Shown: piece by piece, positions 22,157 through 30,714 of the stretch | Position numbering within the stretch: the stretch's first letter is position 1 | How the letters are laid out: every line of letters begins with the position of its first letter | Assembly: GCA_937928585.1 (NCBI GenBank) | Contig: CALEZK010000361.1 | Location: 1 to 51,022, forward strand | DNA: 51,022 nt | Origin: an uncultured bacterium | GTDB taxonomy: Bacteria; Hydrogenedentota; Hydrogenedentia; Hydrogenedentales; SLHB01 | Reading direction: 5' to 3' | The notes under the pieces: model-generated | What the model was told of the DNA's origin: nothing | Database searches by the model: none | Seen by the model: only the letters and a program-made list of their open reading frames with translations | Program-made: the position numbers and the translations under genes

Positions 22157-22561
22157 ATGTCCGAGAAAAGAACGCAAACTCCCCTGGCACGCGCGCAAAT
22201 TGTGGCCATTGGCATACTGATGTCCATGATTTCGATGGCCGCGTTGGGTGTTGTCTTTGCAATTGGGTTAATCGATTCGAATGCAGCCATTGAAGACGTT
22301 GCTACATCAAAGATTGTCGCAAACGTACTGCTTGCGGTTGGGTTCATCGCCTTGGGTCTTTCTTACGGCTTGCGCACCAAACTTGCTAAAAAAGACCAAT
22401 TCACAAGCGTGGTCATCGGCATGGCGGTGGGTGAGTTTCCCGCGGTACTCGCGCTGGCGAACGGTCTCCTTACAGAAAACTACGTCGCTTCACTTGTGCT
22501 GGGGGTAACCGCTATTGCTTCGGCGCTCCTGCACTTTCCTCGCGCTTCGGAGTTTCGGTAG
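22157..22561 (+). CDS. small 4-TM membrane protein, paralog 3 of 3 (most divergent)
   Basis: 134 aa with the same TM layout. FPAVLALANGLLTENYVASLVLG parallels FIPPVISVINGLTTGDPMTSIILG of paralog 1. Confidence 0.5.
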   Translation: MSEKRTQTPLARAQIVAIGILMSMISMAALGVVFAIGLIDSNAAIEDVATSKIVANVLLAVGFIALGLSYGLRTKLAKKDQFTSVVIGMAVGEFPAVLALANGLLTENYVASLVLGVTAIASALLHFPRASEFR

Positions 22562-23303
22562 CAGAACTTTCCACTACGATTTTGCCGTGAGACTTCCTGG
22601 CAAGGTGGCTTTCGGTGAAATCAATCGCAATCTGAACCTCATTTGTCGCTTTCACGGACAAGTCGCCCTCAGCAATGAGCCCCCCGTCCGGTTGCTGAAC
22701 GACAACGCGATACACACCCGCCGGCACGTTTGGAATTCTGAAGCCACCATCTTCATCGGTTACGGTAAACAGATCATGCTCGAAAACGTAGATCCACCCG
22801 ACCATCCACGGGTGAATATCGCAAAGTAGTTGGATTGGTCGACCTTCCCGCTCGCGCTTAATCGCGTGCTCGTACTTTCCTTCCGCAGGGGTCATCACAT
22901 TGAACAGATTCTCCACGGTCGTAGTAACGCTCCGAACATTGTGATTCGCGGGTTCCTCATTCGAAATGGAAACCACTTGACCCGCGCGAACCGCCACAAC
23001 CCGTGGCACAAACTCGCCGTCAACTTGAGAGATACGTGCAGGGAGCGGCAGCTCTGTGGACGAAGGCGCGCTAACAGCGGCTTGCAGGAACACGACGGCC
23101 TGTGGAAGGCCGCTGTTCCTTCTACTCACTTCGAAAAGCGGTCGGTGCCGGCCATCGTTGTCGGCAAACGTGCGGGTCGGGATTGTTCCTGTGAATCGAA
23201 CTATGCCCGCCACCGCTGAAAATTCATCCGCCGCAAACGCGGAGCACGACGCGCATAGGAATCCAATTCCAACAAGATGTCTTACACGAAGCGGCTTAAA
23301 CAT
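22512..23303 (-). CDS. secreted cupredoxin-like protein with a C-terminal carboxypeptidase-regulatory-like (transthyretin-fold) domain
   Basis: It has a signal peptide (LVGIGFLCASCSAFA). FVPRVVAVRAGQVVSISNEEPANHNV..CDIHPWMVG resembles a type-1 Cu site (His..Cys-x2-His-x2-Met, as in amicyanin CTPHPFM). TDEDGGFRIPNVPAGVYRVVV is CarboxypepD_reg-like. Confidence 0.6.
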   Translation of the reverse strand: MFKPLRVRHLVGIGFLCASCSAFAADEFSAVAGIVRFTGTIPTRTFADNDGRHRPLFEVSRRNSGLPQAVVFLQAAVSAPSSTELPLPARISQVDGEFVPRVVAVRAGQVVSISNEEPANHNVRSVTTTVENLFNVMTPAEGKYEHAIKREREGRPIQLLCDIHPWMVGWIYVFEHDLFTVTDEDGGFRIPNVPAGVYRVVVQQPDGGLIAEGDLSVKATNEVQIAIDFTESHLARKSHGKIVVESSATETPKREESAGAPKQ

Positions 23304-23319
23304 GCGATTGTGACTTTCA

Positions 23320-23342
23320 TGGTAAGTCGAATGAGTTTACCA
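23320..23342. promoter_or_regulatory. inverted repeat TGGTAA-N11-TTACCA, candidate operator (possibly NikR)
   Basis: TGGTAA is at 23320-23325 and TTACCA at 23337-23342. The repeat lies in the 137-bp divergent region between the cupredoxin-like gene (start 23303) and nikR (start 23441). Confidence 0.3.
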
Positions 23343-23440
23343 AAGTTTCCCGGAAAGACCGTGTTCAATACCGCTCCGGATGGTCTGTGCGGTATCATTT
23401 CGGTAGGCGACATTGAGCATGCAACCAAGCGAGGAAGGCC

Positions 23441-23857
23441 ATGTCCGATCTTGAACGTTTGAGTATATCCCTTGAAAAGCCGCTGCAGGCGCGGCTCGAA
23501 AAGCTGGTGAAGGACTCGCACTACACCAACCGTTCGGAATTCATCCGCGATCTGATTCGGAACAAGATCGTCGAGCGGGAATGGGAACGCGACGAGGAAG
23601 CGCTGGGCACCGTGACCCTGCTCTACGACCACCACACGCGCGGTCTGAGCGATCGGCTGACGCATCTGCAGCACGATCACCATAGCAACATCCTCGCCAC
23701 CACCCACGTGCATCTCACCCACGAACTCTGCGCGGAGATGATCATGATCAAAGGGAAGGCAAAACTCATCCGCGCCATGGCGGACGCAATGTCCGGCGAA
23801 AAAGGCGTGCTCCACGCCGCGCTATCGCTCAGTTCGATCGGAAAGAAATTTTCGTAA
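23441..23857 (+). CDS. nikR: nickel-responsive transcriptional regulator NikR
   Basis: The N-terminus is ribbon-helix-helix (RLSISLEKPLQARLEKLV..YTNRSEFIRDLIR). The C-terminal domain has LQHDHH..THVHLTHELCAEMI, containing the His/Cys residues expected for the high-affinity Ni site. Confidence 0.9.
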   Translation: MSDLERLSISLEKPLQARLEKLVKDSHYTNRSEFIRDLIRNKIVEREWERDEEALGTVTLLYDHHTRGLSDRLTHLQHDHHSNILATTHVHLTHELCAEMIMIKGKAKLIRAMADAMSGEKGVLHAALSLSSIGKKFS

Positions 23858-23870
23858 GCCTGTGTTGACT

Positions 23871-23892
23871 GCGGTAGCTTGCTACCGCTTTT
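23871..23892 (+). terminator. rho-independent terminator after nikR
   Basis: GCGGTAGC-TT-GCTACCGC followed by TTTTCC. Confidence 0.55.
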
Positions 23893-23961
23893 CCTGAGCA
23901 AGCTTGCGCGCGGATTTCAAACCAATGGCGTTGCGAACTGTCTCGCAGTCAGCAAATCGTA

Positions 23962-24498
23962 TTAGAAATCATCCCGGGCATTTAATTCGTCAATCGGAAA
24001 CGACAAGATTGCTCTCAGAAATACAGGATTGGATTCCCGAAGAAAGTTTGCCTTTGAACACCATTCATGATTCGTGGCGCGGTCAATCACTTCGTGCTTG
24101 ACGGGGTTTACATGCGTGTGGTACAGGCGTGCAAAATAGCTCCGCTCATGTGTGAGGCAAGTGTTGCGATACCGAATCATTCTCCCTTGTATCTTGTCTT
24201 CGGAATTTACGGCGCGCGCCGTAATTGAGTGCACTGCTTGCATCATCGATTTCAAAGACTCCGGATTCTCAAGTGCCTTTGCAACGAAGTGATAATGATT
24301 CTGAAGGACTGTCAACGCGTATAGGCGCCATGAATATTTGTCGGCCTGTCGTAGAAGTTCGTTTCGCAGTTAGGAGAACCTGCTAGGAGAGCTGAAGAAT
24401 CGCTCTTTGTAGTAGGTGCCGCCTGTCACAAAATAGAGAGCGTTCGGAACAAATAGATGCGTCGGGCCATGCGCCCATTCCGTGTATTCAGTTTTCAT
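23962..24498 (-). pseudogene. IS200/RAYT-like Y1 (HUH) transposase homolog interrupted by an in-frame TAA
   Basis: Reverse-strand reading from ATG (complement of 24496-24498) gives MKTEYTEWAHGPTHLFVPNALYFVTGGTYYKERFFSSPSRFS-stop(TAA, complement of 24370-24372)-LRNELLRQADKYSWRLYALTVLQNHYHFVAKAL..YHTHVNPVKHEV.. in one frame. The HUH motif is HYHFV and the Tyr block is Y-x-H-x-NPVKH. The ORF track shows only the 3' part (23962-24315, TTG start). Confidence 0.7.
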
Positions 24499-24606
24499 GC
24501 AATACGAACCGATTCGTTGGCCCCTTCTCCGCGCATTTGGTTCAAGTTACGTCACTAGCTTCGAAACCGCGAGCTACCGCAATCCCACATGGTGGGTTTA
24601 TGAATT

Positions 24607-25428
24607 TCAGCGACGCCGTGCGTGCTTTCGCGACTGGTTTCGGAGCAGGTGCCAGAGTTTTGGTTCGAGTGCGCGGGGGCCGGCCTCCAGGACTACGAAG
24701 GTCACATCATCGTGGGTGAATTCGGGGGCGCCCGTGTGTTGCGCCAGTAGTCCTTCCAGGTTGCGTGCGAGCACGTCGATTGGTTTGTCGCGCACCGTGT
24801 CCAGGGCCTCGGCGAGCCGTCCGCTGCCAAACAGTTCGTGATTGGCGTCTGCCGCTTCCAACACGCCATCGGAATAGACAAACAGGCGGTCGCCCTCTTG
24901 GAGTGTGCGCGTGCCTGTATCGAACGCGGCGGTATCAGACACGCCGAAGGGCACATTGCGCACGCCCTTTCCAACATTGTCGACTTCCAAGGGCAACCAG
25001 CGCGATTCGCCACGCGGCAGAATAAAGGCCGGCGGATGACCCGCGTAGCAGAAGCGAAGTTCCGCCTTCATCATGTCGTAGCTGAGGCAGACCGCGGTGG
25101 TGAGCGCTTCGAGTCCGAACAGGGACGCGCGCTCGTTCATCGTGTGAAATACGCGCGCGGGATCGTGCCGGCCCATGTTACGGCGCATGGTGCCGTGCAG
25201 CCATGCGCCCACCTGCGCGACCTGTTCGCCGTGGCCGGCGACATCCGCGAGGCACATGCGCGATATTACGCCTGCCGCGCAAGCGGAGGAGTAGTAGACG
25301 TCCCCGCCCTTCTTTCCGCCACAGGCGCGCGAGAACAGCACTCCGCGCAGCCCCGGCATCACCAATTCGGTGTACACGCTGCCGTTGCCGCCCCAGATTT
25401 CGCTGCAGATGAGTTCTTGTGTGGGCAT
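24607..25428 (-). CDS. PP2C-family (SpoIIE/RsbU-type) serine phosphatase with no sensor domain
   Basis: GGDVYY, LADVAGHGEQVA, FCYAGHPP, LFVYSDGVLEA and THDDVTFVVL are the standard SpoIIE-domain blocks. Confidence 0.85.
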   Translation of the reverse strand: MPTQELICSEIWGGNGSVYTELVMPGLRGVLFSRACGGKKGGDVYYSSACAAGVISRMCLADVAGHGEQVAQVGAWLHGTMRRNMGRHDPARVFHTMNERASLFGLEALTTAVCLSYDMMKAELRFCYAGHPPAFILPRGESRWLPLEVDNVGKGVRNVPFGVSDTAAFDTGTRTLQEGDRLFVYSDGVLEAADANHELFGSGRLAEALDTVRDKPIDVLARNLEGLLAQHTGAPEFTHDDVTFVVLEAGPRALEPKLWHLLRNQSRKHARRR

Positions 25429-25503
25429 GACGTCAGGTGAATTCGCGGCAGGGGCGAAACGATGTCTGAAACCGCGACGAAAGAGACCCAGCGACCGGAA
25501 AAA

Positions 25504-27018
25504 CTACGCGAGCATCTTGTCTACCACCTTGCCCGCGACATCCGTCAACCGGAAATCGCGGCCTTGGTAGCGGTAGGTGAGTTGTTCGTGGTTCATGCCG
25601 AAGAGGTGCAAGAGCGTAGCGTGGAGATCGTTGATATGGATCGGATCTTTGGTAATGTTCCAGCCGATTTCATCGGTCTCGCCGATGACCTGTCCGCCTT
25701 TGATGCCGCCGCCAGCGCACCAGATGGTGAATGCGAAGGGATGGTGATCGCGGCCCGTGTTCGGCTTGCGGAAGCCCGCGCGGTTCTCGCCGAGCGGCGT
25801 GCGCCCAAACTCAGAAGCCCACACCACGAGCGTAGACTCGAACAGTCCGCGCTGCTTGAGATCTTTGATAAGCGCGGCGATCGGCTGGTCGCACATCATG
25901 CAGTTAAGCGGCAGCCGCTCGCTGATGCCTTCGTGGTGGTCCCAGGTCTCGTGGTAAATGCTGATGAAGCGCACCCCGCGCTCGACCATGCGCCGGGCCA
26001 GCAGGCAGTTGAACGCGTAGGTCTGAAACTCGTCCGGTCCGCCGCTACGATACTTTTTCCAATCCTCCGGCTCGCGCCGGTTGACGCCATAGGCTTCGAT
26101 GGTCGCATCGCTTTCGTTGGAAATGTCGATCAGGTCCGGCGCTTCCGCCTGCATGCGCCCCGCGAGCTCGTACGACGCAATGCGCGAGAGAATTTCGGGA
26201 TCGTTCACGTAGTCGTAGCGCATCTGGTTCAGATCGCGGATCGCGTTAAGGCCCAGGCGCTGGCAGTCGTGCGGCAACCCGCCCGGATTGCTCAGGTTGA
26301 GGATCGGATCGCCCTGGTTTCGCAACAAAACGCCTTGATAGGTGGAGGGCAAGAAACCGCTCGACCAATTCGAAGCACCACCGCTCGTGCCGCGGCCCGC
26401 GGTAAGCACGCAATACCCCGGGAGGTTGTTGCTCTCTGAACCCAGGCCGTAATTGATCCACGAACCCATCACGGGCCGGCCAAAAGTCTGCACGCCCGTA
26501 TTCATCATCAACTGGCCGGGGTGGTGGTTGAACGCCTCCGTATGCATCGAGCGCACCCAGCAAATATCGTCCGCAACGGTGGAGAGGTGCGGCAACAGAT
26601 CGCTAAGGTCGATGCCGCAATCGCCGTACTTTTTAAACTGCCGGTGCGTGCCTTTGAGCACCGCCGTATCTTTTTGGATAAACGCGAACCGGACATTCTC
26701 CGTCATTGAATCCGGCAGGGGCTGGCCATCAAGTTCGTTCAACTTGGGTTTTGGATCCCACAGGTCGAGCTGACTTGGCGCGCCAGCTTGGAAGAGGAAT
26801 ATGCAGGCCTTGGCCTTTGGCGCGAAGTGCGGCGGCTTCGGCGCGAGTGGATTCACGATCTGCGGCACTTCCGCCGCATGCGCCAGCACGCCGTCCTGCA
26901 GCAGCATGGACGTCAACGCCAAACCGCCAAGTCCGCTCGCCGCCGAGTTCAAAAACTCGCGGCGGGACTGCACGACACGCTCAATTCGCGGATCCATCGC
27001 TAAACCCTCAATTGACAA
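25504..27018 (-). CDS. DUF1501 domain-containing protein (Tat-exported, sulfatase-fold)
   Basis: The N-terminus has a twin-arginine signal (SRREFLNSAASGLGGLALTSML). Length and block pattern (GGASNWSSGFLP, WDHH, EFGRTP, GRDHHP) fit DUF1501. Confidence 0.85.
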   Translation of the reverse strand: MSIEGLAMDPRIERVVQSRREFLNSAASGLGGLALTSMLLQDGVLAHAAEVPQIVNPLAPKPPHFAPKAKACIFLFQAGAPSQLDLWDPKPKLNELDGQPLPDSMTENVRFAFIQKDTAVLKGTHRQFKKYGDCGIDLSDLLPHLSTVADDICWVRSMHTEAFNHHPGQLMMNTGVQTFGRPVMGSWINYGLGSESNNLPGYCVLTAGRGTSGGASNWSSGFLPSTYQGVLLRNQGDPILNLSNPGGLPHDCQRLGLNAIRDLNQMRYDYVNDPEILSRIASYELAGRMQAEAPDLIDISNESDATIEAYGVNRREPEDWKKYRSGGPDEFQTYAFNCLLARRMVERGVRFISIYHETWDHHEGISERLPLNCMMCDQPIAALIKDLKQRGLFESTLVVWASEFGRTPLGENRAGFRKPNTGRDHHPFAFTIWCAGGGIKGGQVIGETDEIGWNITKDPIHINDLHATLLHLFGMNHEQLTYRYQGRDFRLTDVAGKVVDKMLA

Positions 27019-27077
27019 CGGGTAACAGCTAAAACCATCACCTTACATGCTACTGCAAAGCAGAATTTGGCGCAAAC

Positions 27078-27893
27078 CTACCCCATCGCGCTCATCATCA
27101 CATGCGTCATGTAGCCGGAGCCGGGCAGATTCTGTCCGCCATCGGCGACAATGACGGTGCCGGTGAGGTAGGTGGAGAGCGGGCAGGTGATATAGGCGCA
27201 GAGGTTGCCGATATCCTCCACTGTGCCGAGGCGCTGCAGCGGGATGGCCTCAATCATTTTTTCGCGGCACCCTTCCGGCAACAGGCGCTTCACGCCTTCG
27301 GTGCCGTCGATGGGACCCGGGGCGACGCTGTTGCAGCGGATGCCGTACTTGCCCCATTCGAGCGCGAGATTTTTCATCAAGTTGTCGATGCCCGCCTTTG
27401 CCGCGCCAACATGACACTGCATCGCGTAAGGAAGGAAGGCCTGCCCCGCGGAAATGAAGATGATGCTGCCGCGCGTCTTTTGCAACTGCGGAAACGCCGC
27501 ACGGCATGAATTGAACGAACCGAGGAGATCGATGTCGATCACCGACTTGAATCCGTTCGGACTCAGCACTTCCGCCGGGCATGGAAAATTGCCCGCCGCG
27601 CCGCAGATCAACACGTCCATCGGGCCAAGTGCTTCTTCGCTCTGCTTCATGGACGCCTCGAGTGCGCTGAAGTCGCGCACATCAGCGGCAACACCACACA
27701 CTTTCGCGCCGAGGGCTTTCAATTCCCCCGCGGCCGCGTCGAGCTTTTCCTGCGTGCGCCCGCACAGGCCAATGTTCGCGCCGAGCATGGCGTAGGTCTT
27801 TGCGATGCCAAGATTGATGCCGCTTCCGCCCCCGGTGATGAATACGGTTTTACCCTTGAACAGATCTTTGGAAAATACATCGGTGATCTTCAT
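27078..27893 (-). CDS. SDR family oxidoreductase (2,4-dienoyl-CoA reductase-like subgroup)
   Basis: KTVFITGGGSGINLGIA, CGAAGNF, and YAMQCHVGAAKAG. Confidence 0.85.
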   Translation of the reverse strand: MKITDVFSKDLFKGKTVFITGGGSGINLGIAKTYAMLGANIGLCGRTQEKLDAAAGELKALGAKVCGVAADVRDFSALEASMKQSEEALGPMDVLICGAAGNFPCPAEVLSPNGFKSVIDIDLLGSFNSCRAAFPQLQKTRGSIIFISAGQAFLPYAMQCHVGAAKAGIDNLMKNLALEWGKYGIRCNSVAPGPIDGTEGVKRLLPEGCREKMIEAIPLQRLGTVEDIGNLCAYITCPLSTYLTGTVIVADGGQNLPGSGYMTHVMMSAMG

Positions 27894-28024
27894 TGTAGCG
27901 TCCCCAGATAAGTGGCCCAGTTAATCATGCATTGGAAAACGTGCACGAGCAGTATAGACAGAATGGTGCTCGCTTAAACAGGCATCGGACTTGAACCCAG
28001 GCGGGCCAGGGAAATGCCGGCGAT

Positions 28025-28849
28025 TTACTTCAGGAAATACCGCCCGCGTATGGTATGGGTGTCGCCGTCTTCAACCGGCACCATGCGACTGTTCGGCGTG
28101 GTGAACCCAGGAACTTCCTTCCACTCGACAAAATGCTCGCCCACCAGCAGGTCCGTTACGGTGGCGCCGCGTTTCAGCCAAGGGCCGCCGTTTACGCGCC
28201 AGCGCGCCTTTTTCCGCGCGGCCTTCGGCTGAATCTTGCACGTGATCGAACCCGAACCATACTGCGCCTCAAGATCATAGTCTTGGTCCATCGTGATATA
28301 GGCGATATGGAAGTTCGAAAGCACTTCGCCATTCAACAACCATCGCGAGAAAGGCCTGCCGTTGTGAATCAACGGCGCGCGCACGATCGCTTCGTACGGT
28401 TCCTCTTCGCTGAATACGCGCTCATAGGGCGTCACGAATGGAAATATATCTTCGTTATCAAACTGAATGCCGACTTCAGGCGAGCTTGTTACGTTCAACG
28501 TCACCTGTGGCGGGCCATACACGGCGAGGTAGGTCAGCGAAGAATTCTCCATTGTATCTTCGATGACCGTACTCGTTGAATGAGAGCTGCCGTTAAGTTT
28601 CCATTCGATAAACGGGCGCTTCTGCCAAATCGCCGGCGCTTCCAGGCGATAGTCGAAGCGGTTCTCGATATTCGTGGAAAAACTGGTAGTTATACTCATC
28701 GAAGATCCGCCGTCGACAGAGAGCAGCATCTGAACTCCGGAGATCGGCGTAGATTGAACGTTGAATGGAGCGCCCGCCCATGCACTGCTCACCGCGAAAA
28801 GCAGAAGAAAAAAATGGATACAGGACCCAGCACGAACACGGTAACCCAT
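28025..28849 (-). CDS. secreted hypothetical protein with repeated beta-rich modules
   Basis: It has a signal peptide (FFLLLFAVSSAWA). The internal repeat RPF-x-x-W-x-LNG occurs twice (RPFIEWKLNGSS and RPFSRWLLNGEV), followed by a third ARWRVNGGPW..VGEHFVEWKEVPGFTTP module. Confidence 0.55.
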   Translation of the reverse strand: MGYRVRAGSCIHFFLLLFAVSSAWAGAPFNVQSTPISGVQMLLSVDGGSSMSITTSFSTNIENRFDYRLEAPAIWQKRPFIEWKLNGSSHSTSTVIEDTMENSSLTYLAVYGPPQVTLNVTSSPEVGIQFDNEDIFPFVTPYERVFSEEEPYEAIVRAPLIHNGRPFSRWLLNGEVLSNFHIAYITMDQDYDLEAQYGSGSITCKIQPKAARKKARWRVNGGPWLKRGATVTDLLVGEHFVEWKEVPGFTTPNSRMVPVEDGDTHTIRGRYFLK

Positions 28850-29126
28850 TGCAGCACTCCCTCACATCGCAATCCCGCGACTCACACCAAACATCCGCCA
28901 TAACGTCGCAGACGCCCCAACTCCCGGAACGAGCGAATTCTGCTCCACCATAGCACGGTACTATTCGACGGTAAAGATCGCCAAGCAGTGAACAGAACCC
29001 GCACTTTCCTGTTGTCAATTAACACCCGAATGCACGATTTGTTTCGTCGCGCTTTTTTAGCAGCGATTTGACAATAATTTACTTGGCTCGTCATTCGTGC
29101 GGCGGTTGGTTTACCATGCCGCTCTC

Positions 29127-30668
29127 ATGAGCGAGTCATACCAAAACCAAGGTGCGACCCCTGTGCGCTTAGCGGGACTCGTCGCGGGCCTGGCCGCGTT
29201 TATTGTAGTTCTGCTTGGACCCACGCCGGACGGACTGCCGATTCTCGCGCAACGTGTTGCCGCAGTGGCCGTTCTCATGGGAATTTGGTGGGTAACGGAA
29301 GCCATTCCAATCGCGGCGGCATCCTTGCTTCCCTTGGTTCTGTTTCCGCTTCTGGGCATCTTGCCCGCCAAATCAACCTCAGCGTGTTACGGCGATTCCA
29401 CCATTTTTCTGTTTGCCGGCGGTTTTTTCATCGCAATGGCGATGCAACAGTGGCGGCTCCACGAACGCCTTGCCTTGCACGTCATCAGCGTGACCGGCAC
29501 GAACCCCCGCCGACTGGTGCTGGGATTCATGATCGCGTCCGCCGGGGTTTCGCTCTGGATCTCGAATGCGGCTACCACGATGATGATGATCCCCATCGCG
29601 CTCGCCGTGATTCAACAGCTCGAGCGCGAACGCCAGGCGCCTTGGGTCGCCGCATTTGGGACGACGGTCATGCTCGGGATTGCGAATGCGTCCAGCATCG
29701 GCGGCGTAGGCACCATAGTGGGTACGGCGCCAAACGTGATCTTCATCGGGCAAATGGCAAAACTGTTTCCCGACGCCCCGCGCATCACCTTTGGTCAGTG
29801 GATACTCTTTGGCATCCCCTTGGTCGTCATCTTTGTTCCGTTGGCGTGGTTCATCATGGTGCGTATCGTTTTTCGCCTCCCCAACGTCGCGGGAGACGAA
29901 GCCATCGGCCGCAAGGTCATCTCTGAAAAGCTCGCGGAGCTGGGGCCCATGCAACGCGGCGAGAAGATCGTCGCGACCGTCTTCGTTGCGACGGCCTTGG
30001 CCTGGGTGTTTCGCCAGGAAATACCCCTTGGCGCGGTCACGATTCCGGGATGGACCGGGCTTATCCCCACAGCAAACGGGGTGGAAGACGGCACTGTGGC
30101 GATCATGGGGGCGCTGCTGCTGTTCATGATCCCCGTGAGCCTGCGCGAAGGAAAATTTGCACTGGAATGGGAATGGGCAAAGCGTATCCCCTGGGGCACG
30201 TTGCTCCTGTTCGGCGGCGGTATGGCGCTGGCAGAAGGCTTTGAAGAATCTGGGCTTGCGCGGTGGGTTGGGGAACAACTGGGGGGCATCAAAGGACTGC
30301 ATCCGATCCTGCTTGTGTTGGTCATCTGCACCGTAGCCATTGTGCTGACCGAATTCATGTCTAACACCGCGCTAACGATGCTCATGGTTCCCCTGCTGGC
30401 GGTGGCCGCGCCGAGCGTGCTTCACGTTAATCCGCTGTTTGTGCTCATACCCGCCACACTCAGCGCGTCACTCGGATTCATGATGCCCGCGGGCACGCCG
30501 CCGAATGCGCTCGTCTTCGGCACCGGCTACATCACCATCCCACAGATGATGCGGGCGGGCGTTCTGCTGAACCTTGTCGGAATCGTATTGGTCACCCTCC
30601 TCGCTTACTTTGTCATTGTTCCCGTCTTCGGAATAGACATCGGCGGTATTCCGGAATGGGTTCCGTAA
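29127..30668 (+). CDS. DASS/SLC13 family anion:sodium symporter
   Basis: ORF 29097-30668 starts at GTG; the first ATG is at 29127. The protein is polytopic, with blocks typical of DASS (WWVTEAIPIAAASLLP..; SNTALTMLMVPL..; GFMMPAGTPPNALVF). Confidence 0.85.
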   Translation: MSESYQNQGATPVRLAGLVAGLAAFIVVLLGPTPDGLPILAQRVAAVAVLMGIWWVTEAIPIAAASLLPLVLFPLLGILPAKSTSACYGDSTIFLFAGGFFIAMAMQQWRLHERLALHVISVTGTNPRRLVLGFMIASAGVSLWISNAATTMMMIPIALAVIQQLERERQAPWVAAFGTTVMLGIANASSIGGVGTIVGTAPNVIFIGQMAKLFPDAPRITFGQWILFGIPLVVIFVPLAWFIMVRIVFRLPNVAGDEAIGRKVISEKLAELGPMQRGEKIVATVFVATALAWVFRQEIPLGAVTIPGWTGLIPTANGVEDGTVAIMGALLLFMIPVSLREGKFALEWEWAKRIPWGTLLLFGGGMALAEGFEESGLARWVGEQLGGIKGLHPILLVLVICTVAIVLTEFMSNTALTMLMVPLLAVAAPSVLHVNPLFVLIPATLSASLGFMMPAGTPPNALVFGTGYITIPQMMRAGVLLNLVGIVLVTLLAYFVIVPVFGIDIGGIPEWVP

Positions 30669-30685
30669 GTGCTTGTTCAAAAACC

Positions 30686-30714
30686 TTTACGAAACGCGGG
30701 TCGCGCCCTATAAT
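30686..30714 (+). promoter_or_regulatory. candidate sigma70 promoter upstream of the PilB/GspE-like gene
   Basis: TTTACG (30686-30691), a 17-nt spacer, then TATAAT (30709-30714). This implies a leader of about 235 nt before the ATG at 30956. Confidence 0.5.

Noticed and set aside
23858-24606. REP/BIME-like palindromes or IS terminal hairpins flanking the RAYT-like gene.
   Set aside because: Only short generic 5-bp stems are present (for example ACGAA-CCGA-TTCGT near 24505 and CCCAC-ATG-GTGGG near 24586). I found no repeated element, so I make no mobile-element boundary claim.
29069-29096. TTGACA at about 29069, considered as the promoter of the DASS transporter.
   Set aside because: The hexamer 17 nt downstream is TCATTC, a poor -10. 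The call is too weak to report as a feature.
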